NCBI GenBank assembly: GCA_965214935.1
Contig: CBDCCS010000011.1
Coordinates: forward strand, 96,001-160,000
Direction of reading: 5' to 3'
DNA from: Candidatus Velthaea sp.
Lineage (GTDB): Bacteria; Vulcanimicrobiota; Vulcanimicrobiia; Vulcanimicrobiales; Vulcanimicrobiaceae
Length of the DNA: 64,000 nucleotides
Shown here: positions 29,336-38,789 of the stretch, piece after piece
Position numbering within the stretch: the stretch's first letter is position 1
Layout of the letters: each line of letters opens with the position of its first letter
Notes under the pieces: generated by a model
Database searches by the model: none
Told to the model about the DNA's origin: nothing
Seen by the model: only the letters and a program-made list of their open reading frames with translations
Position numbers and translations under genes: made by a program

Positions 29336-30346
29336 ATGATCGACCTGGTGGAGCGGCTCGCGCCGCTGGCGGATCAGTTCAATCGGCCGATAACGTATCT
29401 GCGTATTTCGGTCACCGACCGCTGCAATTTGCGCTGCGTTTATTGCATGCCCGAGGCCGGTTTGCCGTGGATCACTAAGCCGGACATTTTGAGCTTCGAG
29501 GAGATCGAGGCGATCGTGCGGGCCGCTGCATTCGTCGGGGTACGCAGCATCCGGCTGACCGGAGGCGAACCGCTGGTTCGGCGCGGTATCACCGAACTCG
29601 TCGCGCGTCTGCACGCAATTCCCGGCATCGACGATATCGCTCTCTCGACGAACGGCTTGTTGCTGGCCGACCTGGCCGCTCCCTTACGCGCGGCCGGTTT
29701 GCGCCGGGTAAACGTCTCGCTCGATACGTTACGTGCAGAACGGTTTACGGCGATTGCCCGGCGCCCGGGTTTGGAGCGCGTCCTCGCCGGCATCGACGCT
29801 GCGCTTGCCGCCGGACTGGCACCGCTCAAACTGAACTGCGTGGTCATGCGCGGGCAAAACGACGACGAAGTGCTTGCGTTCGCCGAATTAACGCGACGCC
29901 GCGCGGTCTACGTCCGGTTCATCGAAATGATGCCGGTTGTCGATAATGCGGTGCTGCAACGCGACGCATATGTATCGGCAAGCGAAATTTTAACGCGGAT
30001 CGGCGAACGGAGTGCGTTGCTCCCCGTCGCCGGACCGGGCGGCAACGGACCGGCACGGTATTTTGCATTTCGCGATGCCGCCGGCGCAGTCGGCGTCATA
30101 TCGCCGTTATCGCATGAGTATTGCCAGACATGCAATCGGGTGCGACTGGCGGCCGACGGCCGCTTGCGGTTATGTCTGTTCGGCGACAATGCAATCGACT
30201 TGCGGACGCCGCTGCGCGCGGGCGCTTCGCGCGAAGATCTCGCCGCCATCTTCCGCGGCGCGATGTTCGTGAAGCCCGAGCGGCATCATCTCGACCTCGG
30301 CCGGCCCGCGAGCGCGATGCGCGCACTTAGTGAAATCGGCGGCTAA
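29336..30346 (+). CDS. moaA: GTP 3',8-cyclase
   Basis: YLRISVTDRCNLRCVYCMP, C..CNR.R...G.L.LCL, C-terminal IGG. Confidence 0.96.
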   Translation: MIDLVERLAPLADQFNRPITYLRISVTDRCNLRCVYCMPEAGLPWITKPDILSFEEIEAIVRAAAFVGVRSIRLTGGEPLVRRGITELVARLHAIPGIDDIALSTNGLLLADLAAPLRAAGLRRVNVSLDTLRAERFTAIARRPGLERVLAGIDAALAAGLAPLKLNCVVMRGQNDDEVLAFAELTRRRAVYVRFIEMMPVVDNAVLQRDAYVSASEILTRIGERSALLPVAGPGGNGPARYFAFRDAAGAVGVISPLSHEYCQTCNRVRLAADGRLRLCLFGDNAIDLRTPLRAGASREDLAAIFRGAMFVKPERHHLDLGRPASAMRALSEIGG

Positions 30347-30363
30347 ACATACCGGCGCGGCGT

Positions 30364-30873
30364 CTATTCGTCATCGTGGATACCGCTCAGATCTTCGGTC
30401 CGCGAACGCGAGCGCAGCATTGTGATTGAAAGGACGAAAGCCAGCACGACGCCGGTGAGAATCGCCAGCTCGACCGACGAGTTCTGACTCAAATTCGACG
30501 ATGCTTTCGGGCCCTGCACTTCACCGACGGTTATGACCAGGATGCGCCGGATGACCGCGATGAGTCCCACGATGAGAAATGGTTCGGCGGACAGAACCAC
30601 GCCGCGCAACGAGAGCATCACGGTATAGGCAAGTTCGACGACCATGAGCACGAGCAGAACGACGTCGAGGAACGCCGCGCCCGCTGCCATCGTTTCGCCG
30701 CTCGGACTGATCGCCAGCGCCCACAACACGACGAGCGCGCGCGCGAGCAAGGCAAAGGCCGCGGCGAACAGCATCGCGCCGATGATGAAGAAGATCACCC
30801 GCTCGACCATGCGCAAGGAGCGGACGCCCAGCCGCACAGCTCGCGATGTTTGGCGCGGTGCCGCCGCACTCAT
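30364..30873 (-). CDS. PsiE-family (phosphate-starvation-inducible) membrane protein
   Basis: LLVLM.VEL..TV, EPFL.VGLIA.IRRILV. Confidence 0.85.
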   Translation of the reverse strand: MSAAAPRQTSRAVRLGVRSLRMVERVIFFIIGAMLFAAAFALLARALVVLWALAISPSGETMAAGAAFLDVVLLVLMVVELAYTVMLSLRGVVLSAEPFLIVGLIAVIRRILVITVGEVQGPKASSNLSQNSSVELAILTGVVLAFVLSITMLRSRSRTEDLSGIHDDE

Positions 30874-31003
30874 CGCGGGCGCCGCCGATCGGTTTGCATG
30901 CGACTCACGCGGCTACGTTTCAAGCGAACGAGGCCGCACCCTGTACCCTGCGCGGCCGACGGAATGTGGGTAAGTCTCGCCGAGGGAGAATGAGGAACGA
31001 CTT

Positions 31004-31471
31004 ATGATTACATCACGTTTGTTGCTGAGCACGGCTGCGCTCGCCGCGCTGCTCGTGACCGGTTGCGCGAAGGGCGATACGACGGGCTCGAATGTGTCGT
31101 CATCGACGACGGCGTCGGCTGCGCCCGCGGCGAGCAGCGATGCATCGAGCGGAACTGCAATGACGACATCGTCGCCCGGTGCATCATCTACCACGGCAGA
31201 TTCGCAAGCTCATAGCGCGGCGGTCTCCGTAGCGAGCGGCGACGCAACCCACGGCGGCACGATCTTCAGCGCGAACTGCGCGAGCTGTCACGGAGCCAAC
31301 GGCGCCGGCGGCGGTATCGGTCCGTCACTTAAGGGTGAGAAGAGCCGCAAGGATATGGCTGCTGCGATCGCTTGGATCAAGAACCCGCAGGCACCGATGC
31401 CCAAGCTCTACCCGGCGCCGCTTTCCGAAAAAGATGTTAGCGATGTGGCGGCGTACGTCGAATCGCTTTAA
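31004..31471 (+). CDS. c-type cytochrome lipoprotein
   Basis: Lipobox VTGC, Ser/Thr/Ala linker, CASCH heme motif, distal MP. Confidence 0.9.
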   Translation: MITSRLLLSTAALAALLVTGCAKGDTTGSNVSSSTTASAAPAASSDASSGTAMTTSSPGASSTTADSQAHSAAVSVASGDATHGGTIFSANCASCHGANGAGGGIGPSLKGEKSRKDMAAAIAWIKNPQAPMPKLYPAPLSEKDVSDVAAYVESL

Positions 31472-31523
31472 TCGTTAGACGCTAGAACAGGTACAGGGGC
31501 GCGATCGGGCGGAATCGCGCTCC

Positions 31524-32972
31524 ATGACGGCCTCCGGCGCGCGCCCGAACCGCTCGCTGTTCGTCTTCACGCGGGACCTGCGTCTCGGCGATCATGCGGG
31601 TCTGGCTGCTGCCGCGCGTTTCGGTACCGTCTATCCGGTGTTGATCGTCGATCCGGCCGCCGCGGGCCGGCTACGGCGTTGCGCGCGCCGGGCGGCGTTT
31701 TATTGCGCGGCAGTCGCGGCGCTTGACCGGGATTTACGTGCGCGCGGCTCGCGCTTAATTGTTGCGCGCGGACCGGCCGGCCCGATGTTGCTGCGTCTTG
31801 CGCGCCGCTTCGCGGCCGGCACCGCCGTTTGGACCTACGATTACGATGCCGACTCGTTGCTTGGCGCTCGCGACTTGCAGTCGGTGCTCGAAGAGGCGGG
31901 CCTACGCGCGATCGTCGTTCACGATGCGCCGGTTGTTGCGCCCGAAGATGAAAGCGCCGTTAACGCGCGCGGCGACGGATATCGCGCGTTCGCACCGTAT
32001 TACGCCCGCTGGCGTTCGATCGATCCGGCGCAAGAACGGGTGCCGGCGATCGATTTCGCCGGCGGTGTTGAAAGTGAAGCGTTGCCGCAGCCGGCCGAGT
32101 TCGACTCCGCTGCGGGCATGCCGGATGTCTCGGAGGAACGCGCCGCGACGGCACTTAGCCGGTACCTCGAATTCGGCGTCCTGGGCTATGCCGCCGGCCG
32201 GAACGTGCCGGCGGTGCACGGTACCTCGCGATTATCGGCCGATCTCGCTTTCGGCACCATTGCCGCCCGCACGATCGTGCGCGCCGTCCGTGCCCGTGCT
32301 CGCGATCCGTTTCTTTTGACCGAGGAAAAAATATCGCTGCGCCTGTTTCTGCGCGCGTTCGCACTGCGCGACTTCTTTTTGCAGTTGGCGTGGCATACCG
32401 AGACCCTCGGCGATACGCCGCTTCAGCCGAAGATGCGCGCGTTCGCCTTTGCCCGCCGTCATCGCCATCTCACGGCCTGGCGCGAAGGGCGCACGGGCTT
32501 CCCGATCGTCGATGCCGGCGTCCGCGAACTGCACGCCACGGGCTGGATGCACCCGCGCGTTCAAGCGATCGCCGCGTCCTTTCTGTGTTTTGATCTGGGC
32601 GTCGATTGGCGCGTCGGTCGCGATGAATGGGACCGCTGGCTTATCGCCGATTCACCGGTCTTGGCCACCGCAAATTGGCAATGGAGCGCCGGCGTCGGTG
32701 CCGATTTCGCGGCCTATCCGCGCATCTATAATCCGCGCAAGGCGGCGCGCCGCTTCGACCCTGCCGCAACGTATATCCGGCGCTGGATCCCCGAACTAGC
32801 GCTGGCGGACGATGATGCCATTCTCGCGCCCGAAATGCGGCCGGCCGAACGGCAAATGCGTTTCGATTTGTTCGGACCGCGAACGTACCCGGCGCCGGTA
32901 CTCGATCATCGCGTTGCCGCACGGCGGTTTCTCGAACGCTATCAGCGTGAAGTTGGTGCCGGCCCGGCGTAG
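31524..32972 (+). CDS. Photolyase/cryptochrome-family protein with non-canonical active site
   Basis: RDLRL.DH, TSRLS..L.FG, W..G.TGFPIVDA, WQW, YIRRWIPEL, YP.P.LDH. Confidence 0.88.
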   Translation: MTASGARPNRSLFVFTRDLRLGDHAGLAAAARFGTVYPVLIVDPAAAGRLRRCARRAAFYCAAVAALDRDLRARGSRLIVARGPAGPMLLRLARRFAAGTAVWTYDYDADSLLGARDLQSVLEEAGLRAIVVHDAPVVAPEDESAVNARGDGYRAFAPYYARWRSIDPAQERVPAIDFAGGVESEALPQPAEFDSAAGMPDVSEERAATALSRYLEFGVLGYAAGRNVPAVHGTSRLSADLAFGTIAARTIVRAVRARARDPFLLTEEKISLRLFLRAFALRDFFLQLAWHTETLGDTPLQPKMRAFAFARRHRHLTAWREGRTGFPIVDAGVRELHATGWMHPRVQAIAASFLCFDLGVDWRVGRDEWDRWLIADSPVLATANWQWSAGVGADFAAYPRIYNPRKAARRFDPAATYIRRWIPELALADDDAILAPEMRPAERQMRFDLFGPRTYPAPVLDHRVAARRFLERYQREVGAGPA

Positions 32973-33000
32973 TATTTTTCAAGCCGGGTATAGGCGTGCA

Positions 33001-33213
33001 ATGAGCGACAAAACATTTAAGCCCGGCGATAATGTTGAATGGAAATCATCGCAGGGTGAGATCAGCGGAACGGTCAAGAAAAAATTAACCAAGCCCACGG
33101 ATATCAAAGGCCATCACGTCGCGGCATCGACCGATAACCCCGAATATCTCGTCGCAAGCGACAAAACCGGTGCCGAAGCGGCGCACAAGCCGGGTTCGCT
33201 CAAGAAGAAGTGA
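33001..33213 (+). CDS. DUF2945 / Hva1 TUDOR-like small protein
   Basis: FKPGD.VEW, AS.DNP.Y.V.SDKTG..A.HKP. Confidence 0.85.
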   Translation: MSDKTFKPGDNVEWKSSQGEISGTVKKKLTKPTDIKGHHVAASTDNPEYLVASDKTGAEAAHKPGSLKKK

Positions 33214-33226
33214 GGCGGCGGCGCAG

Positions 33227-33817
33227 CTAGTGCGCCGCCGTCGAACGCGCGTCGATAAAGTCGCTGACGATCGGCACGCGCACTTCCTCGCCGTTCCATG
33301 TTTTGAGACCGTAAACGACGCTGGCCACGACGGCGACGGGCACCACTAGCGGTAACAGCGGCCACGCCGAAAAACCGATGACCGGAATTGCGGCGATCGC
33401 GCAGAGCGCCACCCAAATGCCGTACATGCCGAGATTGAAGCCGAGCGCTTGAACGGCTTGGCGCCGGACGAATGCGGAATGCGATCCGTCGAGCAACGCC
33501 AGTAGCGCGAGCGGCCAGAACGGGTAACTCAGCGCGACGAGTGCGCGTGATTCGGCACGGACGGTCATAGCGGCCGAGCTACGGCGCACCGGTGGACGTT
33601 CGTACAGCGGCGGAGGCATCGGCGGCGGAGCAGACATAGTACGGCGCGGCGGCACCTGACCGGGCAATTCGCCCGCAACGTGCGCCGCTTCGATACGTGC
33701 CGCTAGCCGGCACCCGGGGCAGTTGCCTTCGGCCGAACGGCACGTTGCGCAAATCGGCTCGTGACAACCGACGCATGCGGCGACCGACGGCACAGCGTTG
33801 TGAAAATAGCAGTCCAT
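33227..33817 (-). CDS. B-box-like zinc finger plus DUF4870-like membrane domain
   Basis: C..H......C..C...IC..C......C..C; Pro-rich linker; ALSY, FVR..A.QAL, GE..RVP. Confidence 0.7.
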   Translation of the reverse strand: MDCYFHNAVPSVAACVGCHEPICATCRSAEGNCPGCRLAARIEAAHVAGELPGQVPPRRTMSAPPPMPPPLYERPPVRRSSAAMTVRAESRALVALSYPFWPLALLALLDGSHSAFVRRQAVQALGFNLGMYGIWVALCAIAAIPVIGFSAWPLLPLVVPVAVVASVVYGLKTWNGEEVRVPIVSDFIDARSTAAH

Positions 33818-33903
33818 CCTCGAACCTCCTGACGGGTACGTACGCCGCAGTTACCGGCGGGGCGGCGCGAAGGTTTCGTCCGCCGACGCGCAAAGGCGAA
33901 GTG

Positions 33904-35676
33904 GTGAACCGCGACATCTTGCGCCGGTTGGCGCGTGAAGCGCGCCCCTTCTATAGCCGGCTCGTCGTCGCAATGCTGCTCGGCGTCGTTGCCGGCCTTG
34001 CACCGCTCGCGCTCATCCAATTACCGTCGTTACTCATGACGCGGGTCATCTCGTACGCCCACGAGTCGGGCGGCGTCAACTACGGAACGAGCGTCGACTG
34101 GGTCGCACTTTGGCTCGTGTGCGGGATCATCTTCGTGTCGCAAGTCGCCGGTAACGTCGCGGGTTACGGCCAAAGTTATTTAACCGCGTGGTCGGGACAG
34201 CGCATGATCGCCTCGCTGCGCGGACGTCTTTTCGACCGCGTCAACCGGCTGCCGCTGCTCGAGTTCGACAAGTGGCGGCCGGGCGAGTTCATCGCGCGAT
34301 TCTCCAGCGACTTGGCACTGATGACCGATGCGGTCAGCATCTCGCTGCCGCAAATGATCCAAGTGACGGTAACGTTCGTCTGCGCGCTGGTGTACATGCT
34401 CAAGATCGATTGGTTTCTGGCACTGGTGCTGCTGGTTTGCACGCCGTTTGTTTCGATCGTCATCGGGCGCTTTAATAAGCTCGTGATCATCAGCACGCGC
34501 CGCGCACAAGAACGGATCGCCGACCTTTCCAGCAATTTAACCGAGGTGCTCAACAACGAGCGCGTGGTCAAAGCGTTCCGGCGTGAAGACTTCGAGCGCG
34601 ACCGTTTTGCCGACGCCAACGAGCGCTTTTTCGGCGCGAACATGAAAGTTACGCAGCTCAACCAGACGCAGGCGCCGGTGATCGCAACGATCGTGTCGCT
34701 GGCGATCATCGCCGTCGTCGTAACGATCGTGCGCGAGATCTATCTTGGACGGATCAAGCCGGAGGAGGCGATCGCGTTTTTCGGTGCGGTCGCCTTGATG
34801 ATCAACCCGATGAACCGCTTCTCGATCTTCTTGGGCGATTTTTCGCGTGCACTCGTCGGAGCCGGCCGGGTATTCGAGATCCTCGATCTGCCGATCGAGC
34901 GCGAAGATCCGCCGGGCGCGCTGCACTTGGCGAAGATCGCCGGCGACATTACCTTCGAACGGGTGACGTTTGCTTACAGCTTCGACGGTCCGCCGGTGCT
35001 CGACGATTTTAGCGCCGAGATGCGTCACGGTGAAACCGTCGCACTCGTCGGACCGTCCGGCGCCGGCAAATCGACGATCGTCAATCTCGTGCCGCGCTTC
35101 TTCACGCCGCAGTCCGGCCGCATTACGCTCGACGGTGTCGACATCGCCGATCTGCGGCTGGCGAATCTACGCGATGCAATCGCGATCGTGCCGCAGGAAA
35201 CGCAACTCTTCAACGGTTCGATCGCCGACAACATCCGCTACGGCCGGCTCGATGCGACCGTGGCCGAGATCCAATTAGCGGCCGCTGAAGCGAACGCCGA
35301 GGAATTTATTGCTAAACTCGCCGATGGTTACGCGACCGTCGTGGGCGAGCGTGGCATTCGGCTCTCGGGCGGCCAGCGCCAGCGCATTGCCATCGCGCGG
35401 GCGATCTTACGCGATCCGCGCATTTTAATTCTCGACGAGGCGACGAGCGCGCTCGATTCCCACTCCGAAGCGCTCATCGAAGATGCGTTGGACCGCGTGC
35501 TCGTCGGCCGCACGACGCTCATCATCGCGCATCGGTTATCGACGATCCGCCGCGCGTCAAAAATTCTGTACATCGAAGCGGGCCGCGTGCGTGAGGTCGG
35601 GACGCACGATGCGCTCATGGCCGCGGGCGGCGCGTATGCAACCTTGCACGCGACGCAGTTCGCGCGCTCGGGCTAA
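33904..35676 (+). CDS. ABC exporter, fused TMD-NBD (MsbA-like)
   Basis: TM domain followed by GPSGAGKST, LSGGQRQR, ILDEATSALD, IAHRLST. Confidence 0.93.
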   Translation: MNRDILRRLAREARPFYSRLVVAMLLGVVAGLAPLALIQLPSLLMTRVISYAHESGGVNYGTSVDWVALWLVCGIIFVSQVAGNVAGYGQSYLTAWSGQRMIASLRGRLFDRVNRLPLLEFDKWRPGEFIARFSSDLALMTDAVSISLPQMIQVTVTFVCALVYMLKIDWFLALVLLVCTPFVSIVIGRFNKLVIISTRRAQERIADLSSNLTEVLNNERVVKAFRREDFERDRFADANERFFGANMKVTQLNQTQAPVIATIVSLAIIAVVVTIVREIYLGRIKPEEAIAFFGAVALMINPMNRFSIFLGDFSRALVGAGRVFEILDLPIEREDPPGALHLAKIAGDITFERVTFAYSFDGPPVLDDFSAEMRHGETVALVGPSGAGKSTIVNLVPRFFTPQSGRITLDGVDIADLRLANLRDAIAIVPQETQLFNGSIADNIRYGRLDATVAEIQLAAAEANAEEFIAKLADGYATVVGERGIRLSGGQRQRIAIARAILRDPRILILDEATSALDSHSEALIEDALDRVLVGRTTLIIAHRLSTIRRASKILYIEAGRVREVGTHDALMAAGGAYATLHATQFARSG

Positions 35677-35708
35677 TCTTTCATCCCCGGAACGCCGAAC
35701 GGGGTATC

Positions 35709-36140
35709 ATGAGTGGTATCAGCTTCGGCCCGACGGTCGGCATGCTTGAAAACGCGCTCGACGGCGCCGCTGCCGCGCATGCGTCGATCGCCAACAACGT
35801 CGCGAACGTGAATACGCCGAATTTTCGCCGCACCGACGTTTCGTTCAAAGAAGCGCTGGCGCGCAGCGAGGCGACCGCCGGCGGTGATAGCGACGATCTT
35901 GCCGTAACGACGAACGACGCTCGGCAGATAGCGATCGGCGGCCCTTCCGCGGCCGAACCCTTTTCGATTACGACGGCCGTCGATGATTCGCAGCAGATGC
36001 GCGTCGACGGCAGTAACGTCGACGTCGATGCCGAGATGGCGAAGCTCTCGATTAACTCGAGCTACGCGCAGACGATGGCGCAACTGACGACCAACGCATT
36101 TACCCGCATCAAACAAGCCATCCTGGAGCATGCTGCATAG
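35709..36140 (+). CDS. flgB: Flagellar basal-body rod protein FlgB
   Basis: IANNVANVNTPNF...DVSF, R.DG.NVD.D.EM. Confidence 0.93.
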   Translation: MSGISFGPTVGMLENALDGAAAAHASIANNVANVNTPNFRRTDVSFKEALARSEATAGGDSDDLAVTTNDARQIAIGGPSAAEPFSITTAVDDSQQMRVDGSNVDVDAEMAKLSINSSYAQTMAQLTTNAFTRIKQAILEHAA

Positions 36141-36586
36141 TGGGTTTGTACACGTCGATCGAAGTCTCGGCATCGGGACTCTCGGCTCAACGCCTGGCGA
36201 TGGACGTCATTGCCAACAATCTTGCGAACGTCAATACGACGCGCACCGCCGAAGGCGGACCGTTTAAGCGGCAACTCGTGGTGTTCGCTCAGAAGACCGA
36301 ACCAGCCGGGGCGACCGATTCACTCGATGGCCCGGCCGATCCGGCGCAGTCGCACGCCGGCGTTGAAGCGGTCGGCATTACGAACGATACGAGTCCCGAC
36401 AAACTCGTATACGATCCGGCGCATCCCGACGCCGACCCGCAAGGCTACGTGCACATGCCCAACATCGAAGTCGTGAAGGAAATGGTCGACATGATGGCCG
36501 CATCGCGCGCCTACGAAGCCAATGTCACGGCAATCACCGAATCGCGTACGATCGGCACTGCAACGATGGGGATTCTGCACGCGTGA
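36140..36586 (+). CDS. flgC: Flagellar basal-body rod protein FlgC
   Basis: SGL.AQR..MDVIANN.AN, YDP.HPDAD..GYV.MPN, A.RAYEAN. Confidence 0.95.
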   Translation: MGLYTSIEVSASGLSAQRLAMDVIANNLANVNTTRTAEGGPFKRQLVVFAQKTEPAGATDSLDGPADPAQSHAGVEAVGITNDTSPDKLVYDPAHPDADPQGYVHMPNIEVVKEMVDMMAASRAYEANVTAITESRTIGTATMGILHA

Positions 36587-36945
36587 ACATCGCAACGATC
36601 ATGGCCAACGTCATTCCCGGCAGTTTCGTCCCGGACATGAACGCCGCGGAGACGCCGGCGATTTCGGCCATCCCCGGCCTGACAACGCCCAATGTCCCGA
36701 GCGCGGCGGATGCGGTTGGCGGTGTAACGAGCTTCAAAGATACCGTGAAGCAAATGCTGGGCGACGTCAACGACCGGCTCACGACGAGCGACCAGAACAC
36801 GCGCGATCTGGCAGCGGGCAAGACGAATAACATCAATAAAGTCGTCACGTCGGTCGAAGAAGCGAACCTCGCATTGCAATACACGATGGCCATTCGAACC
36901 AAACTGCTCGACGCGTACAGCGAGATCGAACGTCTGGCCGTTTAG
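36583..36945 (+). CDS. fliE: Flagellar hook-basal body protein FliE
   Basis: SF...L..VN, EEA.LALQ....IR.K..AY.EI; position after flgC. Confidence 0.9.
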   Translation: MNIATIMANVIPGSFVPDMNAAETPAISAIPGLTTPNVPSAADAVGGVTSFKDTVKQMLGDVNDRLTTSDQNTRDLAAGKTNNINKVVTSVEEANLALQYTMAIRTKLLDAYSEIERLAV

Positions 36946-37003
36946 CCGGCGCGAACGGCTGCGTCAACGTGAAGGTTGCGTAATAGCCGGGTAAACGTGT
37001 GAC

Positions 37004-37819
37004 GTGGAAGACGAACTCCTCGCCGGCCGGTATCGGCTCGAGCATATCGCCGGACACGGTGGTATGGCCGTCGTCTATGAAGCGTTCGATACCGTCCTCG
37101 AGCGACGGGTCGCGATCAAATATTTTCAAACGCATCTGCTCGGCGAGCCGGTCCTCGTGGCCCGATTTCGCCGCGAAGCACTCGCCGCGGCGAAGATCGT
37201 GCATGCCAACGTCGTTGCGATCTACGACATCGGGGAAGGCAACGACGACCGGCCGTTCATGGTGCTCGAGTACGTCGACGGGCCGACGATCGCGCAGATG
37301 CTGCGCGATGGGCCGCTTGCGCAAGAACGCGCCGCCGGTCTGGCCGCCGGTATCGCCCAAGCGCTGGGCGCCGCGCATGCGTTAGGCTTCGTGCATCGGG
37401 ACGTCAAGCCGGCCAACATCCTCGTTGCCGACGGCGATATCGCCAAACTCACGGACTTCGGCTTGGTCCGCGCCGACGGCGAACGCGCCGCCGACGGCTT
37501 GGCCGCGCAATTGACCGCCGATGGATCCTTCGTGGGCAGCGTGAGATACGTCGCTCCCGAGCAACTTGAAGACGGGCTGTGGTCCGCTGCTTCCGATTGT
37601 TACGCGCTCGGTGCCACGATGTATCAGATGCTTACCGGCGACATGCCGGCGCCGGGCGGGCGTATTACGGACGGCGCGATCGATGCCGAACTCGCCGAGA
37701 TCGTTAACGGATTGTTGGTGCCCGATCCAAACCGTCGCGAAGCCGACGCCGTTGCGCTCGGTGACGAATTGTGGCAGCTCGCCGAACGCTTACGCGAAGG
37801 GCGTTTGGGCTACACCTGA
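37004..37819 (+). CDS. Hanks-type Ser/Thr protein kinase (catalytic domain only)
   Basis: GHGGMAVVY, VAIK, RFRREA, HRDVKPAN, DFG, APE, SD.YALG. Confidence 0.92.
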   Translation: MEDELLAGRYRLEHIAGHGGMAVVYEAFDTVLERRVAIKYFQTHLLGEPVLVARFRREALAAAKIVHANVVAIYDIGEGNDDRPFMVLEYVDGPTIAQMLRDGPLAQERAAGLAAGIAQALGAAHALGFVHRDVKPANILVADGDIAKLTDFGLVRADGERAADGLAAQLTADGSFVGSVRYVAPEQLEDGLWSAASDCYALGATMYQMLTGDMPAPGGRITDGAIDAELAEIVNGLLVPDPNRREADAVALGDELWQLAERLREGRLGYT

Positions 37820-37821
37820 GC

Positions 37822-37848
37822 TAAAGTTCAAAGGTAAGCGGCCGATGA
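37822..37848 (+). promoter_or_regulatory. Sigma-28 (FliA/SigD)-type promoter TAAA-N15-GCCGATGA upstream of flgF
   Basis: Near-consensus match to TAAA-N15-GCCGATAA. Confidence 0.7.
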
Positions 37849-37963
37849 GGTAAGGGTACGGCTGGACACCTTCGCACGGGTGATGCCGGGGCTCCACCGG
37901 ATCGATTGATGGTGAAGCATCTCGTCTTGCAGACTGCACGGCGGACACGGTGCGGAGGATACA

Positions 37964-38761
37964 TTGGTCCGCGGACTTTACACGGCGGCGACCGGCGCGC
38001 TCGTTGCGCAAGCCAACGTCGACGTCATTGCCAACAATCTCGCCAACGTGAACACGGCGGGCTTCAAGCGCAGTCTCTTGCAGGCTCAAGCAGCGCCGCA
38101 GACGGCGCTGTTCCGGGATCAAATCGAACCCGGTCGTGCGTCGGGCAATCGCACCGGCGGCGTCGCGACGCACACGCCGATCGGGACGCTCGGATTCGGC
38201 GTGCGCATTTACGATACGCCGACGGTCTTCGAGCAAGGCCCGATCGAGCAGACCGGTAACGCGCTGGACGTTGCGTTAAGCGGCCCGGGCTTTCTCGCGG
38301 TTCGCGATGGAGCCGGCGCAATTCGCTATACCCGCGGCGGTTCGCTAACGCAGAACGCACGCAACGAACTCGTTACCAACGGCGGCGATACGGTGTTAGG
38401 TCCGGACGGTCAGCCCGCGAAAATTCCGCCCGGACAAACGTTGAAAATTACTTCGCAAGGCGAGCTGTTGTCCAACGGTGCACCGAGCGGCCGGCTTGCG
38501 GTATTCGAGTTTTCGGACCGGCTGAGTCTGCGCCCCGAAGGCGCCGACAAATTCGTCAACAGCGGCCGCGCTCCGCAACTTGCAACGCAAACCACGGTGC
38601 TGCAGGGCGCGCAAGAAAAAAGTAACGCGCAGGTCGTGCCCGCGATGGTAAATCTCATTGCCAACGAGCGCTGGTTCGATGCAAATCAAAAGATGATTCA
38701 AACGCAAGACGACGAGCTCGCGCAAGCGATCACGACGGTCGGAAAGACGGCGGCTGCGTGA
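37964..38761 (+). CDS. flgF: Flagellar basal-body rod protein FlgF
   Basis: GGAGG SD with TTG start; RGLYTAA.G, ANNLANVNT.GFK, TGN.LDVAL.G.GF; precedes flgG. Confidence 0.85.
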   Translation: MVRGLYTAATGALVAQANVDVIANNLANVNTAGFKRSLLQAQAAPQTALFRDQIEPGRASGNRTGGVATHTPIGTLGFGVRIYDTPTVFEQGPIEQTGNALDVALSGPGFLAVRDGAGAIRYTRGGSLTQNARNELVTNGGDTVLGPDGQPAKIPPGQTLKITSQGELLSNGAPSGRLAVFEFSDRLSLRPEGADKFVNSGRAPQLATQTTVLQGAQEKSNAQVVPAMVNLIANERWFDANQKMIQTQDDELAQAITTVGKTAAA

Positions 38762-38789
38762 TGCTGACCGCGTTAGGAGTTTCCTCGCT

